NCBI GenBank assembly: GCA_000246735.1
Contig: CM001443.1
Location: 143,669 to 207,668, forward strand
DNA length: 64,000 nt
Direction: 5' to 3'
DNA from: an uncultured Candidatus Poseidoniales archaeon
Lineage (GTDB): Archaea; Thermoplasmatota; Poseidoniia; Poseidoniales; Poseidoniaceae
Made by a program: the position numbers and the translations under genes. Below, piece after piece: positions 46,580-56,324 of this stretch (positions within the stretch are counted from its first letter, which is position 1; each line of letters begins with the position of its first letter). The notes below the pieces were generated by a model. That model was not told the DNA's origin, ran no database searches, and worked only from the letters and a program-made list of their open reading frames with translations.

Positions 46580-47461
46580 ATGAGAAACATGATTACAGAT
46601 AAGTTCTCTAAAACAACGAGCCTGCTTTTGATCGCAACGATTTCCCTCGCAATGGCCGGCACGGTCAGTGCTGCGGATGTCGTTGACCCCTCCGTGAAGT
46701 ATGACGGGGAACCACTTCAGTTGGTTACCTTCTTCCTGTTCTTCGTCGGATACATCTCCATGGGTGCCGCCTTCGTGTTCTTCATGTCCGAGCGAAGTAA
46801 CGTCGCTCCACAGTACAGAACCACAATGACAATCTCTGCTTTGATTGTCGGTATTGCTGCGTTCCACTACTATTACATGCGAGCGGTGTACACCGATCTC
46901 GGAACTGTGTCAGTCGAATACCGATACATGGACTGGATTATTACCGTCCCGCTAATGGCATTGAAGTTCCCAAGTTTGGTAGGCAAAGAAGCCATTACCG
47001 ATAGCAAGTTCCTCGGTATGGGATTCACCGGTATTTGTTTCACTGGCGCACTGATTATGATTGGATTCGGGTACCTCGGTGAATCTGGCGTTCTCGGAGA
47101 AGTCATGGGCGCTGCCGCTGGTGGCTGGGCTGGACTCATCCTTGGTGGTGTTGGATGGGCAATGATTATTGTTGCAACAGGCACACCATGGTCCTCTGGA
47201 AAGGGCGTTGACAACAGCAAGATTGCACCAGAACTCATGTGGAGCGCAAACGCACTCCGCTGGTTCATTGTCGTTGGATGGATCATCTACCCAATCGGTT
47301 ACTTGTTCAGCCCAGGTGCTGAACTCGGCCTCGGTGATGGTAACCAAGAACTCCTCGCAGTGTTCTACAACGTTGCTGACATCATCAACAAGATCGGATT
47401 CGGTATTGTTGCATGGATGGGTGCTAAGAAAGCAACCGAAGCACTTGCTGCTGCAGAGTGA
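46580..47461 (+). CDS. Proteorhodopsin-family microbial rhodopsin (DTK motif)
   Basis: Signal peptide and seven TM helices; AAFHY His; YRYMDWIITVPLMALK helix C; GWIIYPIGY; ADIINKIGFG retinal lysine. Confidence 0.93.
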   Translation: MRNMITDKFSKTTSLLLIATISLAMAGTVSAADVVDPSVKYDGEPLQLVTFFLFFVGYISMGAAFVFFMSERSNVAPQYRTTMTISALIVGIAAFHYYYMRAVYTDLGTVSVEYRYMDWIITVPLMALKFPSLVGKEAITDSKFLGMGFTGICFTGALIMIGFGYLGESGVLGEVMGAAAGGWAGLILGGVGWAMIIVATGTPWSSGKGVDNSKIAPELMWSANALRWFIVVGWIIYPIGYLFSPGAELGLGDGNQELLAVFYNVADIINKIGFGIVAWMGAKKATEALAAAE

Positions 47462-47463
47462 AG

Positions 47464-48489
47464 TCAATCCTTTGACATCGCTCGAAAGAGCTGTTCGACG
47501 TTCATGCGTGGGGCCAAACGGTCCCACGCATGGGCGGCCGGCCACCACACGCATGTGTACGCAAGGACCACGATCATTGATTGTGCAAAAGTAAACGATT
47601 GAGCCTCATCCACTGAGTAGAAAAGGCCTATTGGAATAAAATGCACAAGATAAACTGTAAGCGATCGACGCCCGAGAAGGGTGAGACTGCTGACTGAAAA
47701 TCGCTCGATGAGCATCCATAGAAGCGTGACACCCAGCAAAGCTGCCGTCAAAAACGGAATGTTAGCGGGGAAAAACGTAAGCGTTGCATCGCCCGTTGGC
47801 GATGCCCACTCGAGATCATACGTGGCTGAATAGATGAGTGTTGCAAGGGTGCATAAAAACGCCCCAACAAGGGCCGCCTTTGTTGTGACGGTCTGAGGAA
47901 AGAGGGACTTTTCGCCCCCGTTTTTTGCAATCCAAGCGCCAAAGACCGCGAACAGCACCCATGGAAACAAAGGGTATGTTCCTGTCACCAGTGCGTGTGA
48001 AGTCCACTGCACCGCATCTGTTACCTGAACCCTCGTATTCCAATCGCTGGATCCTTGTATTGATGGTAAAAAAGCAATCAAAAAAAATACTGCGGATGAA
48101 AAGGCCATCAGCGTTTGATGGTTCCTCCGTCGTAGTGAATGAAGCCAAAGTGGCTGAGTGATGGTGAGGAGTCCAAACAACGTCAGTACCCCTGGCGTCC
48201 AAAGATCAAACAAATGTGGTGACGATGCGTTGACACCTGTCTGAGCGATCACAAAGAATGCAGTTCTGTACAAGCGTTGCTTTGTTGTCGATTGACCGTG
48301 AAAACAGCCCCAACCAAACACTGTGACGAAAAGAGGAGCGGCAAGCCCACCCATGCCAGAGACAAGATACACCAGCGCAGATGGTTGTGTGGACGACGGT
48401 GGCCCCCATGTGGCTGCTGCGTGGACCATCACCATGAGCAAGACTGCTGTTGCTCGAATCGAATCGATGTGTTCGATTCGTTGTTTCAA
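47464..48489 (-). CDS. DUF1624 / heparan-alpha-glucosaminide N-acetyltransferase-like membrane protein
   Basis: RIEHIDSIRATAVLLMVMVH, AAPLF, YPLFPW, LGRRSLTVYLVH. Confidence 0.75.
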   Translation of the reverse strand: MKQRIEHIDSIRATAVLLMVMVHAAATWGPPSSTQPSALVYLVSGMGGLAAPLFVTVFGWGCFHGQSTTKQRLYRTAFFVIAQTGVNASSPHLFDLWTPGVLTLFGLLTITQPLWLHSLRRRNHQTLMAFSSAVFFLIAFLPSIQGSSDWNTRVQVTDAVQWTSHALVTGTYPLFPWVLFAVFGAWIAKNGGEKSLFPQTVTTKAALVGAFLCTLATLIYSATYDLEWASPTGDATLTFFPANIPFLTAALLGVTLLWMLIERFSVSSLTLLGRRSLTVYLVHFIPIGLFYSVDEAQSFTFAQSMIVVLAYTCVWWPAAHAWDRLAPRMNVEQLFRAMSKD

Positions 48490-48498
48490 AGAAACCCC

Positions 48499-49350
48499 TC
48501 AGAGATTCGCTTTTACGTAATCGACAGCGTTTCTGAACATCTGAAGGCCTTCACCTTCCCACTCACCAAGCGCATCACTTGATTCAGGACCTGGCGCAGT
48601 GTTGCGCGTGTGATCGGGATGGAGCCACTTCGCATAGACTGCTTCAGGGTGTGGCATAAGCCCGAAGACAAGGCCTGTTGCATCGCACACACCTGCGATG
48701 TTTCGCATGCTCCCGTTTGGTGACAGTGGGAATGGGAGGGGTTCATCGGTAATACCATCGCCAACAGATGTCGATGGGTCGACATAGCGAACGGTGAGTT
48801 GGTGACCAGCATCAAGAGCGTCGAAATCAGTTGTTGAGGGCATGACGAATTTACCTTCTCCGTGACGAACCGGGCAATCCATTCGAGTCATTCCTTTTGT
48901 CCAAATACACGGGCTTTTAGAATCGAATTCCAGTGTGACCCATCGATCTTCGTAGCGGCCTGAATCATTGAGGGTGAGGCTGGCTCGTTGAACGAAGTCA
49001 GGTAGAGGTGCGTTTGGTCCGGGAAGGAGTCCGGTCTTGACAAGCACTTGGAATCCATTACAGATACCAATGATTGGCTTTCCAGCAGCAACGAAGGCGT
49101 GAAGTTGTTCACGAAGGGCAAAACGCATTCTGTTGCCCATCAAGCGACCACTGCCAAGGTGGTCTCCGAAGGAGAACCCGCCGGGAACCGCAAGAATTTG
49201 GAATTCCTCAAGGGAACGTTGCCCGGAAATGAAGTGGTTCACGTGGACGCGCTCTGACGCGCCGCCAACAAGATTGAACACGGCTGCTGTTTCATGATCG
49301 CAATTGATTCCGAAACCAAACAAAACGGCGACTTTGGGCGCTGACATCAT
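48499..49350 (-). CDS. purQ: Phosphoribosylformylglycinamidine synthase glutaminase subunit
   Basis: GINCD, PGGFSFGD, GICNGFQ, PVRHGEG, PNGS, GLMPHPE. Confidence 0.95.
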   Translation of the reverse strand: MMSAPKVAVLFGFGINCDHETAAVFNLVGGASERVHVNHFISGQRSLEEFQILAVPGGFSFGDHLGSGRLMGNRMRFALREQLHAFVAAGKPIIGICNGFQVLVKTGLLPGPNAPLPDFVQRASLTLNDSGRYEDRWVTLEFDSKSPCIWTKGMTRMDCPVRHGEGKFVMPSTTDFDALDAGHQLTVRYVDPSTSVGDGITDEPLPFPLSPNGSMRNIAGVCDATGLVFGLMPHPEAVYAKWLHPDHTRNTAPGPESSDALGEWEGEGLQMFRNAVDYVKANL

Positions 49351-52300
49351 TCAACACCTCCAGTCATGTCAAGTGTCGATTGCCACGAAGCGACCATCTC
49401 TTCCACATTTGTTGAGGCGATTTCTGTATATCCATCGGTGATGGTGAGGGTTGGTCCCTCCACGACTTCGCCGAGCACAGTGATTGGATGGCCAGACATC
49501 CATGCTGTGAATTCATGTTCCTTTTCAGGAGCGACTGCAACGATGAACCGTCCAAGCGACTCACCCCACAAGCGAGCCCAAAGATGTTCATCGCCCGTTC
49601 CGTCAAGATCGATGGTTGCCCCGAGGCGCCCTCCGATGCACATCTCTGCTACCGCCACACCAACGCCGCCTTCTGAGCAGTCGTGGGCTGTTTGGATGAT
49701 TCCTGACTGAATTGCTGTGGAGAGCGCGCGGTAGGTGTTCAGGTTTTGTTCGGGGTTCGGGAGCTGGGGTGGAGTGCCACCAATGCCGGTTGTTTGGCCA
49801 GATTCTTTTAGCATAAACGCAATTTCTGAAGCACCGAGTTCGTGATGAGATCGTCCAACAAGATACACTTTATCGCCTGCGTTTTTGAAATCACTTGTTG
49901 CTGTGTACCTGACATCGGGTTGGTCACCGAAGAGAGAAAACAACAACGTTGGTGGAATTGAAATCTTCTTTTCACCTGTGCCATAGTCGTTCTTCATCGA
50001 ATCCTTTCCACTGACGCATGGCAAACGATACGCTCGACAGACGCGCTCGAGTTCACGGTTGGCACGAACAAGTTGTGCAAGTTTGAATCGACCATCGGGG
50101 GTCTTGACTGACTCGATAGAATCTGGCCAACAGAAGTTGTCCAAGCCAGCGATTTTGTCGACGTCAACACCAGCGCACACTGCATTTCGTACAGCTTCGT
50201 CAATCGAAGCGGCTGCCATTGCACCAGCATCAAGATCTGAATACCGAGGGGCGATGCCGCACGAGATGACGAGGCCGTGTGGGTTGCCATGAATTGGAGC
50301 AATCAGACCTGCATCGCCTGGTCCGTCGCGCTTCACGCCGACAAACGGTTTGATTGCAGTTTGGGCAATGACTTCGTGGTCGTATTGACGAACCCATGTT
50401 TCCTTGCTTGCAATGTTTGGTCGGGCGAGCATCTTCAACAAAAGGTCGGCATGATCGGCATCGGTTGGTGGAACGAATGGTTCCACGATTGGTGCCGTCC
50501 ATTCAGATTCAAGTTGCAGCTGAGGAACGCCATCGTGAAGGAATTCAATCGGAAGATAGGCTACGGTTGTCGCGTCATATTTGACATGGAAGACGCCGCT
50601 GTCGGTGAAGGTTGCAACAGCGGTCGCTTCGACTTCGTGCAGTGCAGCGAGCGCATCGAACGCATCGCGGTCTTCTTCTTTGACGGCGATCGTCATTCGC
50701 TCTTGGCTTTCTGAAACCAAAATTTCCCAAGCGGAAAGACCTGCTTGCTTGAGTGGTACTTTTGCAAGGTCGATTTCACATCCATTGGTGTATTCTGCCA
50801 TTTCACCAATTGATGAAGATAAGCCACCTGCTCCGTTATCGGTGATGCAGGTGATCAGGCCCAAGTCGCGGGCTTCGAGGACCATGTCGATCATTTTCTT
50901 CTGGGTGATTGGGTCACCAATCTGTACGGCGCTTGAAGGGCTTTCTTCTGTGAGTTCGAGGGACGAGAAGGTTGCCCCGTGAATGCCGTCGTAGCCAACT
51001 CGGCCGCCAACCATGTAGACGATGTCGCCTGCTACTGGTGTCTTGATGTGACTTTCCCGGCCGTCTGGAAGACGTCGTGGCATGATTCCGATGGTGCCGC
51101 AGTAGACCAGTGGCTTGCCAATGTAACGGTCATCGAATACAATGGCTCCATTGACTGTTGGAATTCCCGATTCATTTCCGCCAACTCGCACGCCTGCGTG
51201 AACACCACGGAACACACGGGAAGGGTGGAAGAGGTTGTCTGGAAGGTTGCCCTCCCAAGTGGGCGGCCCAAAGCAGAACACGTCGGTGTTAGCAATTGGG
51301 CGGGCGCCCAATCCAGTACCAAGAATGTCGCGGTTCACGCCAACAATGCCTGTCATTGCGCCACCATAGGGATCAAGGGCGGATGGGGAATTGTGAGTTT
51401 CGGCTTTCATGCACACACTCCACTCGTCATCCCACGCGATGACACCGGAATTATCATGGAACACTGAAAGGAGCCAATCGACTTCTTTTTGCATGTCGTG
51501 TGTTGGCTTCATGATGTGCGTCTTGAAGATTGAATCAATGGTGGCTTCCTCACCAGTTTCGGTGTCGATATGATGGATTTTTGAGGCGAAAATCTTGTGT
51601 TTACAATGCTCGCTCCATGTCTGGGCAAGGCACTCCAATTCTACATCCGTTGGCGCGTCTGCAACAATTCCAGCCTCCGTCCTTGCTTGTCGAACCGTGT
51701 TGTCTCGGTAGTGGGCCTGAATGGTTTGCATTTCCTCAAGGTTGAGTGCGAGAAGGCCTGTTTCTGAAAGTTCAATCAGTGCCTCGTCAGAGATTTCCAT
51801 ATCGACATGTGATGGTGCTTCGAATGTTTGAGGAGGTTTCTCGGTGTACTCGATTTCTGGCCACTGCCCAACTGCGCACGCTGCAGCATCGGCAACCAAC
51901 GCACGTTCGATGAGGTTGTTGTGAAGGGTGTTGGCGAGCCATGAGACATCCACCTGTTCGGGCAAGCCAAAGAAAGCGTATGTGATGTAGGTCGAAATTG
52001 ATGCATCGTTGGCTTGTGGAAAAATGGTGCGGAAGCCGTCAAGTGCTGCTGAACCTGGGTTATCGGTCACGCCGGCCTTGAATCCAACCGTGACAATCGC
52101 ATCTGGTGTCGTTGGGAAATGAGTGGCGCTGGTGAGCATCAGTGTGTTTGTTGAGGCATCTTCTATGATTGGATCTGCGAACAAGTCGTTCACCCTTGAT
52201 TCGATCGAATCTGAAGGGATTTCGGATTTGATCAGATAGCCGACGATGCTCCTGACTTCAGGAACTGAGATTGAGTGATCGGATGCGAGCTGTCGGCGGA

Positions 52301-52370
52301 CAACATCGCCACGAACATCGCGCATACCAGGTCCTTGTTTTGGCGTGACTTCGACACGAGTAATGGCCAT
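49347..52370 (-). CDS. purL: Phosphoribosylformylglycinamidine synthase PurL with N-terminal PurS-like extension
   Basis: QTWSEHCKHK, KAETHNSPS, DGIHGA, VQIGDP, DNGAGG, SESQERM, QYDHEV, SGKDS, HDCSEGG. Confidence 0.95.
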   Translation of the reverse strand: MAITRVEVTPKQGPGMRDVRGDVVRRQLASDHSISVPEVRSIVGYLIKSEIPSDSIESRVNDLFADPIIEDASTNTLMLTSATHFPTTPDAIVTVGFKAGVTDNPGSAALDGFRTIFPQANDASISTYITYAFFGLPEQVDVSWLANTLHNNLIERALVADAAACAVGQWPEIEYTEKPPQTFEAPSHVDMEISDEALIELSETGLLALNLEEMQTIQAHYRDNTVRQARTEAGIVADAPTDVELECLAQTWSEHCKHKIFASKIHHIDTETGEEATIDSIFKTHIMKPTHDMQKEVDWLLSVFHDNSGVIAWDDEWSVCMKAETHNSPSALDPYGGAMTGIVGVNRDILGTGLGARPIANTDVFCFGPPTWEGNLPDNLFHPSRVFRGVHAGVRVGGNESGIPTVNGAIVFDDRYIGKPLVYCGTIGIMPRRLPDGRESHIKTPVAGDIVYMVGGRVGYDGIHGATFSSLELTEESPSSAVQIGDPITQKKMIDMVLEARDLGLITCITDNGAGGLSSSIGEMAEYTNGCEIDLAKVPLKQAGLSAWEILVSESQERMTIAVKEEDRDAFDALAALHEVEATAVATFTDSGVFHVKYDATTVAYLPIEFLHDGVPQLQLESEWTAPIVEPFVPPTDADHADLLLKMLARPNIASKETWVRQYDHEVIAQTAIKPFVGVKRDGPGDAGLIAPIHGNPHGLVISCGIAPRYSDLDAGAMAAASIDEAVRNAVCAGVDVDKIAGLDNFCWPDSIESVKTPDGRFKLAQLVRANRELERVCRAYRLPCVSGKDSMKNDYGTGEKKISIPPTLLFSLFGDQPDVRYTATSDFKNAGDKVYLVGRSHHELGASEIAFMLKESGQTTGIGGTPPQLPNPEQNLNTYRALSTAIQSGIIQTAHDCSEGGVGVAVAEMCIGGRLGATIDLDGTGDEHLWARLWGESLGRFIVAVAPEKEHEFTAWMSGHPITVLGEVVEGPTLTITDGYTEIASTNVEEMVASWQSTLDMTGGVE

Positions 52371-52440
52371 GATGTTCACCGCCCCCTACGGGGGCGAACT
52401 GACTGCCATTGCCTACGCCCCTTGAACAATACGGAAGCAG

Positions 52441-55380
52441 TTAGTTTAGCATTTCAGCCAAAAATTGTCCTGTAAAGCTCTCTTCGCAGGCTGCAATGTC
52501 TTCCGGTGTGCCTTCCACCAAAATTGTTCCACCGCGCTCGCCACCTTCTGGGCCCAAATCGATGACCCAGTCCGAGGACTTCACCACATCGAGGTGATGT
52601 TCGATGACGATGACGGTATGGCCCTTCGTTCGGAGTTCCAAAAGGACCTCGATGAGCAATTGTACATCGGAGAATGAAAGCCCGGTTGTGGGCTCGTCGA
52701 GAATGTACACTGTGTGCTTTGTTGGAGGTCGGCGCAGTTCGCTTGCGAGCTTGACACGTTGCGCCTCTCCACCAGAAAGTGTGGTTGCAGGTTGACCAAG
52801 CCGAACGTATGACAAGCCAACAGCGCGTAGTGTATCGAGTGTTCTGAAGATTTTACGGTGATTGCCGAAGAATTCGACAGCCTCGCCAATCGGCATTTCC
52901 AAAATCTCGTGGATGTTCTTGCCTTTCCATGTCACTTCGAGGCATTCTCGCGTGTAGCGCTTGCCGTGGCAAATATCACAGGTGATCCAAACATCCGGAA
53001 GGAAGTTCATTTCAAGTTTGATTGAACCAGCTCCTTTGCAAGATTCGCAGCGTCCACCTTTCACGTTGAAGCTGAAAGTTCCGGGGGTGTAGCCGCGTTC
53101 TTTGGCGAGTGTGGTTTTTGACAAGAGGCTGCGTATCTCATCGAAGACTTTGGTGTAGGTTGCAGGGTTCGAACGGGGGGTGCGGCCAATGGGGGACTGG
53201 TCAATGATGATTGCTTTGTCAGTGTGCTCCAGACCTTTGATTTCGCGATGCTTTCCCGGAACAGTGTCTGCATTGTGCAAATAGCGTTGAAGCGCTGGTG
53301 CGAGGATGCCTGACACAAGTGAGGATTTCCCAGATCCTGATACGCCTGTCACCGCTGTCATACATCCAACAGGGAACGATGCTGTGATGTTCTGAAGGTT
53401 GTTGTGTGAAGCGCCTTTGACAGTGAGCCGTTTGCGTGTTGCTTTGGTTCGCTTTTCTGGAACTGGGATGCTCCGCCTCCCGCTGAGGTACGCACCAGTG
53501 ATGGATTTTTCTTCAGCCATAGCGACTTCTGGTGGCCCGTTGGCAACGATTTGACCTCCTTCAAGCCCGGCACCAGGGCCGAGATCGCACAGCCAATCTG
53601 CTTGGCGGAGTGTATCTTCATCGTGCTCGACGACAATGAGCGTGTTGCCGAGATCGCTGAGTTCCCGAAGGGTTGCCAAAAGCCGTTCATTATCGCGTTG
53701 ATGGAGCCCAATAGATGGTTCGTCAAGGACATACATCACGCCGGTCAATCGGCTGCCGATTTGTGTAGCGAGGCGAATGCGTTGACTTTCGCCACCCGAG
53801 AGGGTGTTTGCTTTTCGATCAAGGGTGAGATAATCGAGGCCAACGCTGTCAAGGAATCCGAGGCGGTTTTCGATTTCTTTGAGAATCTCGTTGCCGATGA
53901 AGATGCTGCGCTCGTTAAGCGGTTCCAATGTATCCGCGAAGTATTCGGGGGCTCCAGGGCCATCTGGCCACCACGCTCGCACCACTGAAAGGGCGTCGTG
54001 AACTGAACAGTGGCTGACTTCTGGAAGGCGAATACCGCCAACCGAGACGTAGCGTGCTGCAGCGTTCAATTTCTCCCCATTGCATTCACTGCAATCAAGA
54101 TCGGTCATACAGGCGATGAGGCGGCTTCGTGTTCGTTCTGAAGTGGTTTCAGTGTACGTTCGTTGAAGCCGAGCGATGATGCCTTCCCATGGCCGGTTCA
54201 TTTTGTAGACAGAGCCGTTATCAGATTCAAAGTGGAAATTAATCACAGTTGATCCTGAACCATTGAGAAGGATGTCTCGATCATCATCATCCAAAAGTTC
54301 AAACGGCGTGTTCTTTGGAATTTTGTAATGTTCACAAACTTGTTCCATAAGCCGTCGGTACCACGAAGGTGACATCGATTGGCGCCAAGGTCGTACGCAG
54401 CCATTGCTGATGGTGAGGGTGCCATCGATGATGAGATCAATGTTGAATTGGCGCTGGACTCCGAGGCCTTGGCATGAACCACAAGCACCGAGGGGTGAGT
54501 TGAATGAGAAGACCCGAGGGGAAAGTTCAGGCATGAAGGCGCCGTGTTCTGGACAGGCGAAGTCTTCAGACCAAGCTATCGTTTCACCAACTTGAGTAAT
54601 TCTTGCTTTGGTGCCTTCTGACAGTTCGGCATCTTCTGCTGGCCCTTCGAGGCTCTCGATTGCAGTAGCGCCACCACCGATTCGAAGTGAGCTTTCGACG
54701 GCTTCAGTCAAGCGTTGACGGCGATCCCTCGTGCAGCGAAGTCGGTCGATTCGAACATCAATATCGTGTCGGAAATTCTTGTCAAGTTCCGGCGGAGATT
54801 CGAATTCAACTTCGTGACCGTTGACCTTTCCATTGAGGAAACCTTGCTCGACAAGTTGGCGGAACAAATCCACATGTGTGCCTTTTCGAGCGCGAACTGC
54901 TGGTGCCCATATGGCAATGGCGTGGCCTTCCATGTGCCACAACACATCGTCCACAATTTCCTGAACGGTGCGCCTTGCCACCTCTCGCCCACACGTGGGG
55001 CAATGAGGAATCCCAATCCGCGCCCATAACAACCGCAGGTAATCCTGGATTTCTGTTACAGTGGCAACGGTTGATCTTGGGTTGTGAGACCCTTGTTTCT
55101 GATCGATGGAAATTGCAGGGGAAAGGCCCTCGATTCCGTCGCAGTCGGCCTTTTTCATCTGCCCGATAAACTGACGAGCGTATGAGGAAAGACTCTCAAC
55201 ATACCTTCGTTGACCTTCGGCGTAAAGCGTGTCGAAAGCAAGGCTGGATTTGCCTGAACCTGACACACCTGAAATGACAACGAATTGTCCCCTTGGTAAC
55301 TTGACGGTGATGTCCTGTAAGTTGTGGGTTCGCGCCCCTCTAACTTCAATCCAACCATGGTCACCCGCCTCGCCACTCAT
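52441..55380 (-). CDS. uvrA: Excinuclease ABC subunit A
   Basis: GARTHNL, GVSGSGKSS twice, LSGGE twice, zinc fingers, LDEPSIGLH / LDEPTTGL. Confidence 0.97.
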   Translation of the reverse strand: MSGEAGDHGWIEVRGARTHNLQDITVKLPRGQFVVISGVSGSGKSSLAFDTLYAEGQRRYVESLSSYARQFIGQMKKADCDGIEGLSPAISIDQKQGSHNPRSTVATVTEIQDYLRLLWARIGIPHCPTCGREVARRTVQEIVDDVLWHMEGHAIAIWAPAVRARKGTHVDLFRQLVEQGFLNGKVNGHEVEFESPPELDKNFRHDIDVRIDRLRCTRDRRQRLTEAVESSLRIGGGATAIESLEGPAEDAELSEGTKARITQVGETIAWSEDFACPEHGAFMPELSPRVFSFNSPLGACGSCQGLGVQRQFNIDLIIDGTLTISNGCVRPWRQSMSPSWYRRLMEQVCEHYKIPKNTPFELLDDDDRDILLNGSGSTVINFHFESDNGSVYKMNRPWEGIIARLQRTYTETTSERTRSRLIACMTDLDCSECNGEKLNAAARYVSVGGIRLPEVSHCSVHDALSVVRAWWPDGPGAPEYFADTLEPLNERSIFIGNEILKEIENRLGFLDSVGLDYLTLDRKANTLSGGESQRIRLATQIGSRLTGVMYVLDEPSIGLHQRDNERLLATLRELSDLGNTLIVVEHDEDTLRQADWLCDLGPGAGLEGGQIVANGPPEVAMAEEKSITGAYLSGRRSIPVPEKRTKATRKRLTVKGASHNNLQNITASFPVGCMTAVTGVSGSGKSSLVSGILAPALQRYLHNADTVPGKHREIKGLEHTDKAIIIDQSPIGRTPRSNPATYTKVFDEIRSLLSKTTLAKERGYTPGTFSFNVKGGRCESCKGAGSIKLEMNFLPDVWITCDICHGKRYTRECLEVTWKGKNIHEILEMPIGEAVEFFGNHRKIFRTLDTLRAVGLSYVRLGQPATTLSGGEAQRVKLASELRRPPTKHTVYILDEPTTGLSFSDVQLLIEVLLELRTKGHTVIVIEHHLDVVKSSDWVIDLGPEGGERGGTILVEGTPEDIAACEESFTGQFLAEMLN

Positions 55381-55439
55381 GGTATCATCCTAACGGGCGC
55401 GCCAACGGTTCAAGAATGCATGTATGGATGAATTGTGAT

Positions 55440-56324
55440 TCACCTTGACATAAATGGCACCCTTGCTTCGAAACGAACCGGGTCGTCGTTCTCAGGATGG
55501 AGGAATTCAAGAGCGGAGGCATGCAGTGCAATCCGACTCAAGGGGTTCGTTTCAGCACCGTGGAGATCGTCACCAACCACAGGGCAATCAAGCGCCTTCA
55601 TCGCCATACGAATTTGGTGTCGCCTCCCCGTTTCAATGGTGATGTGGATCAGTGAGACTTCGTCATCGGCGTCTTCAACCGTCCAATGGGTGATGGCTTC
55701 TTTCGCTCCTTTGAATGATGGTTTGACTTTCTTCACTCGGAGGTTTCGATCTTCGACCAACCATGCTCGCTCGGTTCCGCTGTGGTGCTCTGGTGTGCCT
55801 TCGACAAGAGCGTGGTATGTTCGATGAACTTCACGGTTTGCGAATTGAGATTGGAGGTATGTTTTGTGGTGTTCATGGCGTGCAAAAACCATCACACCAG
55901 ATGTCTCCCGGTCCAACCTGTGAACGATGTGAACCCAAGCTCGTTCATCACCGAGCCGTACGTAATTCACACATCGGGCATGAAGCGTGTCATCTTCGAG
56001 TTTGTTCGTGGCGACTGAAAGCAACCCTGCTGGTTTGTCGACGACAAGAATGGCCTCATCCTCATAGAGAATCTTCAGTTTGTGCTTCTTTTTAGTTGAA
56101 GCCGGTGGGGGGGCTGCTTCCTTTCCTTTTGCTCGATCGGTGACTTGGATGGTTTGGCCTGCTTCGACCGTGTGTTTCGCCCGATGCTTCACCACGCCAT
56201 CGACAAGAACACGCCCCTCTGTCAGCATTTTCCGGATCTTCGCCCGAGTTGTTTCTGGAAACATTGTTGCAACGCCATCAATGAGGTACGTCGGTTCGTT
56301 TGGTGTCGACTCCATTGCACTCAC
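55440..56324 (-). CDS. RluA/C/D-family pseudouridine synthase with N-terminal S4-like domain
   Basis: DKPAGL, VHRLDRETSG catalytic Asp, TGRRHQIR, GDDLHG, LHAS. Confidence 0.9.
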   Translation of the reverse strand: MSAMESTPNEPTYLIDGVATMFPETTRAKIRKMLTEGRVLVDGVVKHRAKHTVEAGQTIQVTDRAKGKEAAPPPASTKKKHKLKILYEDEAILVVDKPAGLLSVATNKLEDDTLHARCVNYVRLGDERAWVHIVHRLDRETSGVMVFARHEHHKTYLQSQFANREVHRTYHALVEGTPEHHSGTERAWLVEDRNLRVKKVKPSFKGAKEAITHWTVEDADDEVSLIHITIETGRRHQIRMAMKALDCPVVGDDLHGAETNPLSRIALHASALEFLHPENDDPVRFEARVPFMSR

